A stretch of DNA of 61,324 nt, filler included, from Globobulimina sp. (Eukaryota), in the NCBI GenBank assembly GCA_003354225.1. It is 13 parts of 13 records of this genome, joined end to end, with 100 filler letters (N's around TTAATTAATTAA, not from the genome) between each part and the next. Parts side by side here need not be neighbours in the genome. Positions count along the whole stretch, not along the records: positions 1 to 4,633 come from PIVH01001047.1; positions 4,734 to 9,365 come from PIVH01001048.1; positions 9,466 to 14,096 come from PIVH01001049.1; 10 more parts are not named here. One strand, written 5' to 3'. The translations under genes and the position numbers were made by a program. The notes beneath the pieces are model-generated. The model was not told the origin of the DNA, made no database searches, and worked only from the letters and a program-made list of their open reading frames with translations. Shown here in pieces: positions 1-11,082 of the stretch (position 1 is its first letter; each line of letters begins with the position of its first letter).

Positions 1-853
1 TATGTGCTTTCCTATCAAATCTTCGCTACACATATCTTCTTTTTTTGTTGTTTATTTTCCAAGGTGCATGAATTTCCATCAAGATCTCAAAATGTGGTAT
101 TTCAAAAACAATCAAATATTGCATCTTATATTGTCCTTGACAATACAAGATGACCCACTGTACCTAAAGTTTTTTAGTCATCAAGCAAAACCTCCGGTAA
201 ATGTACAACAACAAACAAATCGGTTTTGTTTTCCATCTGCATACTACGTGCGTTTCCATCTATTTGTGCGTGCATTGTGCAAGGATACAGTATATTTACC
301 ATGTAACTGAATTAGAACGAGAAGACTTTCATCATTGTTTAATTTGTTTTATTAAAATTAAAATACACAAAAAAATTAAACAAAATTACACAAAAGACTG
401 AAATAGCACAAAAAATCGCTTACAATGAGGTGTTTAATTTTTTTTCAACACAAAAACAAAAACACAGGAAAAAATTATAAGCTTTAAAAACAGTAATAAT
501 GTCCAAATTTTTTTAGAATAAAAATACAGACACAAAAATACAATAAGGTCAATGGCAATGATCACAAAATAATAAGTGTTTTACATAAAAAAATAACTGA
601 GGCAATGGAGAAAAAAAAATTTAACATAAAAAAAACAATGAATAAAAATAGAGAAATTATAAAATTCTAATAGTAAATAAAAAATATTGAGCTTTGCATC
701 GATCAGAAAACGAAATAAAACGAATAAATCAAAGAGAAAATATAAAAATGATATAAGTGAATATCTAAAAAAAGAAAACCAGCTAAAATTTTACAAAAAA
801 AACCGGTTTAAAAAAAATAACAATCCACTTATCTCATCATCAGTTTTATTTTA

Positions 854-1666
854 TTAATTTATGTCTTCGTCAGTTTGATAATCGACTAATTTCAGTAAAT
901 GCTGACATACGTCATCAGAGATTCGTATATCGTTTGGATGTATGGACCAATCAAATTTCTTCTCGTATGATTCATTGTGATTGTTCTTGTTCTGCTCAAT
1001 AGGCAAATGTACGGGGGATTGTATCGGCGTGTGTTGAAGGAATATATTTGTGAGCGATTTCGGTATTATCTGCTCATTCAATGTCAGACTTAAGTTGGAA
1101 AACTCGTTCGCATCATCGAGAATATACTCATACTCCGCACATTGAGGCGAAAATGTATTTGCATTATCATGGCACGGCGCAGACTCAATTGATATTAAAT
1201 TGGAGTCTAATTCCAATTCAAAGCCACAAAAATGGCCGGCGCCAGAATCAGAGTCTGGATACTCGTCATAGTCAAAGGTCGGACTTTGTTCATCAAGCGA
1301 AAAAATCGAGGCATCTGCAAAGTTTTGAGATTCGTAGGTATGGGGCAATAATATGTAATCTTGCTCTTCATCGTCAGCATCGCCGATGGTATAGGATTGA
1401 AAGGGTGAGGGAGAGGGTGATGGCGACAGAGATACGGACTGATTTAGATAGTTATCGTTGTAGTCACATTCTATTGGATCTACCGCAATGTCATCACATC
1501 CGAATTGCGTTGACTGTGTTGACAGTGACAATGTTCTTCTTTCGTTTGTTTCAGCTTCTTTTGTTTCACCATGTGTGTATACACCATTTGTGGAAATTTG
1601 CGGTTTGGTTTTCATAGTATTGATGTCAATTTGTCTCGTGATGTAACTAGCGTTGGTGTGGATCAT
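854..1666 (-). CDS. Acidic, Ser/Pro-rich hypothetical protein (270 aa)
   Basis: ATG-to-TAA ORF, D/E/S-rich with an (SP)n tract, followed by a long AT-rich 3' region. No domain recognised. Confidence 0.6.
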   Translation of the reverse strand: MIHTNASYITRQIDINTMKTKPQISTNGVYTHGETKEAETNERRTLSLSTQSTQFGCDDIAVDPIECDYNDNYLNQSVSLSPSPSPSPFQSYTIGDADDEEQDYILLPHTYESQNFADASIFSLDEQSPTFDYDEYPDSDSGAGHFCGFELELDSNLISIESAPCHDNANTFSPQCAEYEYILDDANEFSNLSLTLNEQIIPKSLTNIFLQHTPIQSPVHLPIEQNKNNHNESYEKKFDWSIHPNDIRISDDVCQHLLKLVDYQTDEDIN

Positions 1667-1680
1667 GGTAGCAATTTAAT

Positions 1681-1740
1681 TAGGGCTCTCCGATAAGTAC
1701 TGATTTTTTCAAAAACTTATCAAACAGGTCTCAAAAATGC
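1681..1740. repeat. Dispersed non-coding element copy 1, beginning TAGGGCTCTCCGA
   Basis: 13-nt exact match plus further colinear similarity to 29103-29157 on another contig. Confidence 0.6.
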
Positions 1741-1944
1741 AATCAGTTCGATAAGTATTTTCATTTTTTTTATATTACAGAATCTTAACAATACACACAA
1801 GAATTAGATATTACAAAAAACAAATAAACATTCACAAAAAATACCAACACATATCCTTGCACTTTCACACATGAAGTCAATTGAATAAAATGCATTTAAT
1901 GTTTTGATTATTTATACATTTTATATTTAAAAAATTATCTAAAT

Positions 1945-3180
1945 TTAATATGTTGCCCTAATCATAGCAGTAACAAACAAACCCAAAGCAGTAACAAACA
2001 AACACCCCATTATAAACCCATAGAACCACTCTTTCGTACACTCTGAATGGAATGGAATCTCTTGTTGAGGTTCTTTATGTTGCCCTTTCTTATATTTTTT
2101 GCCAATCATACGTAAATATAATCGCTGGGTTTCATCTTCTGTAATATTTGTACTTCCACACTCTAAACAAGAAAAAACAATCCGTCGATACGACATTAAT
2201 ATTGGAATTAAGATAATTACCATAAGAATTGCGGAAAATAATATATTTGATTGCAACACAGCTGTCCAAAACGAATTTACTTTCAATTCATACTCATCAC
2301 CATTGGAATCAACACCATATTTATCACAATTAAACGCATTTAATCCGGTTTGATTGATTGGAACAATGCTCACAAAACTGACTAATAAACACCATGGAAT
2401 TAAATGTATTAAACGTGAATACAAATAGATTGTAATCCAATCATCTTTGGGTGAATAAAATCTCCATATAACGTCTTTAAAGGTTCTTTTTATGGCTTTG
2501 GTACTGAATTGTTTCATAAATTCATTATATATCCAAACGTCAATTACAAATGCAAGTAAATCTTCACATTTAATTTCTAATTTAATGCAAAACCCCACAA
2601 AGGATAATAATATCTGTATTATACACCAAACTACCCAGCAAATGTGAAATATAAACGATAGAACACAATGTTCAAATAATATGGCCCAGCAAACAATACA
2701 TAGCATATATTGATGAAACAATAAAATACTGATTATGCCAACTGCGAGACACAATCCTGCAGCACTTCCTCCCCTACAATATTGTGGATGCCATGCGGAT
2801 TTTTTCACATAAGGCTGACCATTAAAACAAATGAAATCATGTGATTCTGTGTATATATTATTTCATTTGATTATTTTATTTAGAGATTGTCAGATTAGTA
2901 TCATGTACAGATTCAAATAACCTGTCCATTTAGATATGAATGTGTCACAAGCACCAATATTTACATATGTAGAAGCATCGGAATATCCATAACAGTCACA
3001 TGGTTTGGTGGTGTATACGCGAAATAAAAGGATTGCGACAGCGAATATAAGAATTGGAAGAAATACGAGATCCAATACAACACATATCCAAGCGAATAAA
3101 TGTCCAACAGTCAAACATTTTGTGTTTGATCTATTTTCTGCATTTTGCAAAAGGCTACGTTGCGCACCCGCTTTCCCCAT
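1945..3180 (-). CDS. Multi-pass membrane protein, 2 exons (intron 2847-2921)
   Basis: A 75-nt GT-AG intron joins the ORFs 2890-3192 and 1945-2808 in frame. Several hydrophobic helices and Cys-rich loops. Confidence 0.7.
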
Positions 3181-3332
3181 GTTGTTTGACAAAAACTTTG
3201 CTCAGTTTTTGATAACATTTCTTTGTGTGCAAGGATAAGGATTGTTGTATTCAGCTAAAAAAATTAAAAACTAAATATAAAGCGTTTAATAAGTATATTT
3301 AACATATTTACAGTATAAAACTGACAGTGTAT

Positions 3333-4559
3333 TCAAACAAAAAACTGTGCCATTAATGGAAAATGTTTTGCCGGTGATTGCCAATTTGGATAAGATTTAT
3401 ATTGATTTATCTCTTTATCAATTGGTAATGTTAATATATTTGAACATGAAACATCTTTATCGCGATCAAAAAATATATAATCTCTACATTTCCCACCAAA
3501 TACAGTACAATCTGGTTCACAGCGCCTTGTTTTTCCTTTATAAAAAGACTCATAATACGCAGAGCATAAATTTAAACCATATCCTTTCTCATATTCTTTT
3601 GGAACATTTTTATTTTTTCCTTTCCCCTCAAAAAATGAAGAACCAAATTGTATGGAATAGTATTCATCGCCGAACTGATCATTTCCTAAATCGCATCCGA
3701 TAAATATTGCACCCTCATTATAATCACACGATATCTCTTTTAAACTATTCGTTAAATGGCTTAATTTATTTATCCTCGCAGGAACCTTATCGTTTGCATC
3801 GATATTCGCACTGCAAACAACCATATTTTTATCGGATTTTTTATGTGTTAACACCAATGTTATTGCATACAAATCAAATTTCGTTCCTTTTTCGACATCT
3901 TTGCCATACATAAATGTCGTTATATGCTCAAAATAATCCCTAGCATAAAATACAGCGACACCTTGCAATAATTTTGATTTTGTATTTAGTTTCAATACGC
4001 CATCATAGCCAAGCGGTGCTAAATAATGACACATAAATTCAAAATGATTGATGTCTTGCAAGGTGATAATATCCGGCGAGTATTTTGCTATGATTTCAAT
4101 GATTCGATAACCGCGATATTGCCAGTTATCAAATGATACCTCTTTTTCGTCACTTTTTTCGTCTGTTTTTTCATCGTTTCCGTCTGCTTTTTTTTGTTTT
4201 CCAATGAATAAATCTAAGCCGATATTATATTGCATTATGGTTATACGTGTTTTATCGTTATATACTTTGCCAAATTCAAAGAACTGACGATCTAATAATT
4301 GTACGTAATTGTTGCCGTATTGTTGTTTTAATCGCGCAATTTCTGCCTCAATGTCATTACAATCACCACATTCTTCATTACCAAGTTGTAACACTTTCTT
4401 ATTAAATGTATATTGTAATCTTGCGAGCGGATAGGTTAAGTCTGCTATTTCTTTATTTATTTTACTATATTTATGTAACTGATTTGTATCTGCTGGTGGC
4501 TTACCATGTTGATGTAAATATGCATCCCAGGCTTGACTAAAATTTGAAACTTCTGTCAT
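3333..4559 (-). CDS. Nocturnin/CCR4-like EEP-fold protein with degenerate catalytic motifs
   Basis: IMQYNI, WQYR, PDIITLQD, GVAVFY, DYIFF and PNWQSPAKHFPL correspond to the EEP motifs in order. Confidence 0.8.
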   Translation of the reverse strand: MTEVSNFSQAWDAYLHQHGKPPADTNQLHKYSKINKEIADLTYPLARLQYTFNKKVLQLGNEECGDCNDIEAEIARLKQQYGNNYVQLLDRQFFEFGKVYNDKTRITIMQYNIGLDLFIGKQKKADGNDEKTDEKSDEKEVSFDNWQYRGYRIIEIIAKYSPDIITLQDINHFEFMCHYLAPLGYDGVLKLNTKSKLLQGVAVFYARDYFEHITTFMYGKDVEKGTKFDLYAITLVLTHKKSDKNMVVCSANIDANDKVPARINKLSHLTNSLKEISCDYNEGAIFIGCDLGNDQFGDEYYSIQFGSSFFEGKGKNKNVPKEYEKGYGLNLCSAYYESFYKGKTRRCEPDCTVFGGKCRDYIFFDRDKDVSCSNILTLPIDKEINQYKSYPNWQSPAKHFPLMAQFFV

Positions 4560-4633
4560 GGTTTGAAGAGATTTTCTACACTTAAAATTTTTTCTACACT
4601 TTATGACTTTAGAAAACAGTCCTTACACTTCAT

Positions 4634-4733
4634 NNNNNNNNNNNNNNNNNNNNNNNNNNNNNNNNNNNNNNNNNNNNTTAATTAATTAANNNNNNNNNNN
4701 NNNNNNNNNNNNNNNNNNNNNNNNNNNNNNNNN
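4634..4733. other. Artificial contig spacer (N44-TTAATTAATTAA-N44). Identical spacers at 9366-9465, 14097-14196, 18828-18927, 23555-23654, 28282-28381, 33007-33106, 37730-37829, 42452-42551, 47174-47273, 51893-51992 and 56609-56708
   Basis: Identical 100-nt blocks carrying a six-frame stop linker. Contig lengths between them never increase (4633 down to 4616). Confidence 0.99.
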
Positions 4734-5087
4734 TGATCTTATTTCATTAATTTTCCTTTGTTTTTGTAGTTTTTTGTAATAATCTCCACGATGAAAGAAT
4801 GGATCCAATAAATATGTGTTGAACATATGATTCAAAATAAAAAATATTACAACAATTAATACACAGCGAACAACTGTATATTTTAATTCATACCAAAATT
4901 CACCATCATATCCATCATTTGTTTTATTTTCAGTTTTTCCCGTTTTATTATCATTATCATTTTTCTTTACTGTTTCATCAACACTTGACTCGTTCAGTTC
5001 ATCATTAGAAATTTCAGATTTTGATATTAGTTCCACTGGACCTTTTTTATTCCGTCTACGGAGTTGAGATGTCACAGTCGCTGCCAT
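4734..5087 (-). CDS. Small single-TM protein, 3' truncated by the contig end
   Basis: ATG start, LRRR, acidic linker, then a hydrophobic helix (VVRCVLIVVIFFIL). Confidence 0.55.
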
Positions 5088-5299
5088 GCTAGCTCACTAC
5101 TTAAAGTCAACTTAATCAATATCAACGGTCAAAAACGGTATCTAATCTCATTGTCAAGAATACTAAATAACACACTAATAAATAATTATTATATAAAAAA
5201 AATCAGATAAAACAAAATACCAATACTCTTAAAAAAAATGATTACGCAAAACTACAAAAAAAAAGACAATAAAAATTACATTGCTATATATATTATATA

Positions 5300-7371
5300 T
5301 TATACAACATTAGAACCAGCATAGGGATATGGATTTTGTTGATATTGCGGATTTTCAACATATGGCTGTTGTTGGGACTGCGCTTCATATGGTTTTACAT
5401 GATATGACGATGATGCAAGTTCATTATACTGCACTGGATTTTGCTGTTGCTGCTGTAACACGGTCCATTGCGGTTGATGTCCATGCACAGGCGGCGCAAC
5501 ATAAGGTTGTGATTGATATTGCGGTGCTGCGTTGCCCACAACATACACACTTGAAACTGCAGAGGGCGCTAAGTGATGTCCAGAAGGCGGTGGTTGCATT
5601 TCAATTCTTTCGTTTTGCCCCGGTGCCGGTGCTCTATTCCCCGCTCCATTATAATTGTCATATTCGCCATGTATTTCATCAAATTGTGAATGTTTTCTAT
5701 CATAATCATGCCGTATTCCTTCATTCGCATTCACTGCGCCTTTGACAGTCTCATGTCCCATTTTATGCGTACGGATTGATTTTTTAATGGCAAATAAGCC
5801 AATCAATGTACCAATGAGTGCCAATACAATAGCAATATAAACGACAGGTTTTGCCTTTCCTAACACCATTTCATTCGTATTGGTTGGATCCGTGGTAAAC
5901 ATTTGAAATAATATAAAAAATAAATACGGTGCACATGCCTTTGATAATGAATATATAGAATGGAATAAACCATATGCAATTCCATATTGTTTTGAATTTA
6001 TGAATTTGGCAATGGAGCCATTTACAAAAACGAACCCAATCTCACCCATTGCGAAAAATATACCACATAGTAATGCTATGATAAAAGCATACCATTCACT
6101 CGATATTAATAAAAATATAATGATAGTAAAGGAAAATATCATTAATATCATGGAGCATAAAATATTGGTTATTGCTTTACCACAGCAACACTTTTTTTAG
6201 TTAACAAATAGAATATTATGACACCGCAAAACAGAGAAAACAAATTTTATCATACCTTAATACAACATGGTGTGCATAATAGTGTACAACCCAAAGTGAA
6301 TAAGAATGCGCCATAAATTGCAAGATCATCACTTAAAGCATCCGTTACATTGACTGTACCATTGGACCCGGTTGAATTTGTATCGCTTGTATCACCAACA
6401 GACACTAAATCAATTCTGGCATAATTGGAAAAATCGAAATCAATCAAAAATATATCCTGAATCACAGAAGCTATACCAATCTGCGCAAAGGAACAGAAAA
6501 AAATAAATAAAGCTGTATATATAATTACAGAATTTCGTAAAGCAGTTGAAAGGCCATGGCATGGATTTATGTTTTTATATTTTAATTTATATTCATTGGA
6601 TAATGATTCAGGAACTAACATGGCAAATATTACAAAGGTAATAGCATATAATCCAACAGTGGTTGCCATAATACGCTGCGTTGTAAAATTAATAAAATCA
6701 TTTTGAATAAAAAAATTTCTGATTTGATTACCAATGATACTATAAATCATAATCGATGACACAATGCCAGCACCACTATAAATTGAGACTAATTTTGCAA
6801 ATCCAGAAATTAAAAACTTTTTGGGTAATGTGTCAACGACATATGCCTTCATCACGCCGGTCAATGATGAAATGGAACCGCAAAAACCAATTATTGGTAG
6901 GCAATATAAAAAATATTCGATTTTTTGAGGAAATAATAGCATTGGTACGTATGGCAAAGATTGCATTAATATGGATAATAAAATAATGTATTTTCTGCCA
7001 TATCGATCTGATAAACGGCCAAGAATTGAGGATGTGAAAGCAGATATAAATCCGGCAAGAGCTAAAGATATAATATACCAATTTAACCATTTCTCATATC
7101 CATATTTAACTGCTCCATATAATGTTATCCAATAAAAACCAAATTGCTCTGCAATTGATAATAAAAAATATACAAATTTAAAACGTGCATATTTTGATGA
7201 TGCTGATGATAATTCTATACATCCGACAACTTCGTATCTTTCGTCAAAATCTATTTCACCATCAATTTTGGACATAAATTGTTCTTTGCCGTCTTTCATA
7301 TCGCCATCGTAACTTACACGGTCATCATTGTCATTGTCCCACGATGCTTTAATTTGTGGGTCGTGGTTCAT
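5300..7371 (-). CDS. MFS transporter (TetA/MFSD14-like) with a Q/P/Y-rich C-terminal tail; intron 6191-6255
   Basis: MFS motif A (GRLSDRYGRK), multiple TM helices, and a 65-nt GT-AG intron joining two ORFs in frame. Confidence 0.85.
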
Positions 7372-7499
7372 GCTTTTGTTAAAGATTTTCGATCAGATTT
7401 CAACTCAAGCAAATTAAAATAAAACTTTTGCAACCATCAACTTAATACAAAATAAACTTGTAACTGATCGATATATTATTTGGCATTAATTCACAAAAT

Positions 7500-8613
7500 A
7501 TGGGAGTTTCATTCAGCGATATTGTGCAGAAAGCATGTGCAGAAACGAAAACGAAAACGAAAACGGAGAGATTTGTACTTTCAGAAAACGGAAATCAATT
7601 CAAATTGGATAGAAAATCGTATATTAAACAATTGTCAGATGAAACCAAAACATATATCGCAATGACACATTGCTTTGCCTCAATATGGATGCAATATTTT
7701 AACCATATTGACAACAAATGTGAGTATCAAAACGGTTCATTTGAGATTTTAGATTACATATTAATTCGAGGTGGATGCTGTCGAAATCATTGATGAGATA
7801 ATATACGCCGGATATAACTTGAATGGATGTGATTTAGATTTCGTAGATTTGCGTAAAAGTGAAATTGCAGAATTTTCTGAAAAAGTAACATTATCCAATC
7901 ATATATCTCAAAACATTGAACAGACTGCGATTGGACATGAGTTTGAGGTAAAGGCCATTGATTTGCCTGTTTATCCCTCATCGTATGTTGACTCAATGCG
8001 TTGCGCTGATTTGACAATGAATACATTGATTATTCCTTGGAGTGAGGTGTTAAAGGACGAAAATGGTAACTTCACCAATGAAGATCATATTAATTATGAC
8101 TGGAGGGCAAAAATAAGAAATCCCATTGATGATATTGATGGAATTAAAGACGCGATGAATTATAATATGAAAACATGGGGGAAAAGTGTGAATGATGTAA
8201 AATATGTGTTGATGCAACAGAAGCCAGAGATTCATTTTTGGAGAGTCATGAAAATGTATATCAAATTAAAAGGAGAATGTAAAAAGTTTACTGTCGATGA
8301 GAAATTGATTCAAGCGACGACTGAAATGTATCCTAAATGGTTTACAAAAAAGAGATTGTCCGAAGATTATGAACATTGCAAAAAGATGGCACATTATTTT
8401 ATAAATTTGTATTGTAAAAAGGGTGCCATTGATGCACGTTTTGAATGTTTTGAAATGCTGAAATTCAATGAATTATGTCAACAGAATTTGAATCAAATAC
8501 CAACCTTTAAACAATGTGTAATGGAGAAGATGGAGAATATCAAAGATAAACAAATGAAAGAAGAAATGGAACATGTAATGAGGGAATACAAGTATGATAA
8601 TAGTTTATTGTAG
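7500..8613 (+). pseudogene. Class II nucleotidyltransferase (CCA-adding/poly(A) polymerase head-like), frameshifted by a 7-nt insertion at 7785-7791
   Basis: Removing AATCATT gives IRGGCCRD...CDLDFV. Downstream DSMRCADLTMNTL resembles RRDFTINAL, and HFWRVMK resembles LRILRA. Confidence 0.65.
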
Positions 8614-8939
8614 AAACGTTGTCATCAATGTACAAATTTACGTTGTTTGTCAGTGTTGTTTATCATAATTCACTGTATTGCATGATGTGTATATATTTTA
8701 TATAAGAATATATACATATATATCTTGTATATTTCAAATATTTCAATATGTTTGATGTACAATTTTATGTTTTTTTTTTGTGCAGTGAGTATTTTATATC
8801 TTTAATTTTGGTTTATGATTTTTGATTTATGATTTGTTTGGAAAAGTGCAATAAATATTACGCTATCACTTTTAATAAAGTTAAATAAACTGTGTTAGTA
8901 AAATCTTTAGTACACGATTAACGCGAAAACAGTGGGATC

Positions 8940-9365
8940 ATGTCAAGAGCTGTAGTGGTAACACAAGCACAACAATTACAAGAAAAATTAAAAATAAAAA
9001 ATAGAAAATACAAAGAAAAAACCTATAACAATTGTTTCGTTGGGACACACTGTTTAAAACTTATCATCAATTTAAAATTTGCATCAAATGAACAAGACGC
9101 CATTGACTTTGGCAATAAACTTATACAATACAATATCATTCAACATGTAGAGAGACATCATACATTTAAAAATGAGAAACTATATTATCAATTTATTCCA
9201 GGATATGATGCGATTGGTACAGCGAAACAATCATCCATTGCCTCTGATACATCTACGCCCGGAGCATCCCGATCTGCGCGCAAACGTTTGCCACGACCAA
9301 CCTCCGGATCCTCTCGTTTAACGGCAAACCCTCGCCATAGGACAGGCTCTTCAAATTTCACCATC
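8940..9365 (+). CDS. DEP-domain protein, N-terminal part (truncated)
   Basis: IKNRKYKEKTYNNCFVG...AIDFGNKLI...IIQHV...FKNEKLYYQF is a typical DEP domain. Confidence 0.85.
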
Positions 9366-9465
9366 NNNNNNNNNNNNNNNNNNNNNNNNNNNNNNNNNNN
9401 NNNNNNNNNTTAATTAATTAANNNNNNNNNNNNNNNNNNNNNNNNNNNNNNNNNNNNNNNNNNNN

Positions 9466-10967
9466 CTCCTCCATTACCATATCACAATCAGCAAATGTCT
9501 CATTAAACATTTTAACATTGCTGGATTTCTCCAATTGTGATATTCTCCAATCAATAATACCAAATAAGTCCTTTCTCCACGTTGCCTTTGATGCTAATAA
9601 TATCTGTCCACCAAACTTACGATTTGCTTCAAATAACACAACAGTATGTCCTCTCATTGCACATATTCTCGCACTCTCTAAACCAGCAATACCACCACCA
9701 ACAATTACAATCTTTTTAATAAGTTTTGGATCAGTAACTTTATTAATATTGTGATCATGCGGTAATATCTGTTCCCGTCCACTTGCTGCGTTATGTATAC
9801 ACAATGCTTCATTGCCAACATATATTCTGTCAATACAATAAGCCGCACCAACGCATGGTCGAATATCATCCTCTGCATTTTGCATCAATTTATGCACAAT
9901 ATATGGATCAGCAATATGTGCTCTGGTCATCCCAACCATATCCAATATACCTTCTTCAATCACAAACCTATTCACACAACAAATGTATTCAAATCTGCAA
10001 CAAATATTGATGCAAAAAACACAAACCTTGCTGTGGATGTATCCATAATTCGCGCAGCATGAACCAATGCAATATTTTTATTTTCTAAACCAGCCCTAAA
10101 CTTCTTCACTTTATTTAAATGCGGCGCCAAAGGATATGACATATTGACCAACATCTTCGACAAACCCGACAATGTGGCCATTTCGCCAACATTTACATTA
10201 TAAAAATCAATCATATCGTTCTCAGCCACAGCGTTCCAAATTTCTAGTCCATCATTTAAAGTAAACCCACCATCAGTGGCTTCATCGATAGTTACTCGCA
10301 TCCCAACAATAAACGCGTCGCCAACATATTGTCTCACACAATCAATAACTTCCATGATAAATCTTGTTTTATTTGCTAATGTAGCACACGAATATTCATC
10401 ACTGCGCTGATTACATATTGGTGACAAAAATAGATCCAATAAATGACCGGACGCCATAAGTTCAATACCATCCAACCCGCCATCTTGACATCGTTTAGCT
10501 GCTAATCCAAAATCGTGGATAATTCTGTTGATATCTGATTTGTCCATTTCTTTGGGATGGCCTCTGTGTGAATGTTCTCTAATTGGTGATGGTGCGACTG
10601 GCGGTAGCCAGTGACCAATGTTGTATGGTTGTCTTCGGCCCATATGAGTCAATTGACACATTAGTTTACAGTCATATTCATGGACTGCGTCACTTAGTTC
10701 TGTTAAGTATGGTATTACAGTATCTGTTGAGACATTGATTTGACCAAATACCGATGGTGAATCAATTGCGACATTGCTGGAACCACCAAACATTGTCATT
10801 GCTATGCCACCTTTGGCTTTTTCAACATGATATAATTGATATTTTGCTTTCGGTAATTCGTTTTCAACAAAATTTGGTGCATGAGCTGTTGATAGGATCC
10901 GGTTTTTAAATGTTACATGTCTTAATTTAAAAGGCTGTAATAATGCATTTGTTTTAAAATGATTCAT
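9466..10967 (-). CDS. NADH:flavin oxidoreductase (OYE domain plus FAD domain), N-methylproline demethylase/DgcA-like; intron 9968-10026; 3' truncated
   Basis: KNRILSTAH, MCQLTHMGRR, DGIEL...GHLL..FLSP..NQRSDEY, the IRPCVGAAYC...C Fe-S motif and GGGIAGLE. A 59-nt GT-AG intron restores the frame. Confidence 0.9.
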
Positions 10968-11082
10968 TATTTAAAGTTTTTAGCTAGATAAAAGAAGTAA
11001 ACTTCAAAACCAAAACACATTTACAAGTAGCTTTTCAAATAACTCACTAAATTCAACACTTCTGTGGTTCACATTCAACAAA

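Noticed and set aside
1081-1617. This and other antisense or alternative-frame ORFs overlapping long genes (e.g. 5329-5745, 20490-23411, 55126-55620)
   Set aside because: They are shadow ORFs of well-supported genes and have no motifs of their own.
4634-4733. TTAATTAATTAA recurring every ~4.7 kb as a biological repeat or array
   Set aside because: It is always centred in N runs and is a synthetic six-frame-stop linker. Gene adjacency across spacers is meaningless.
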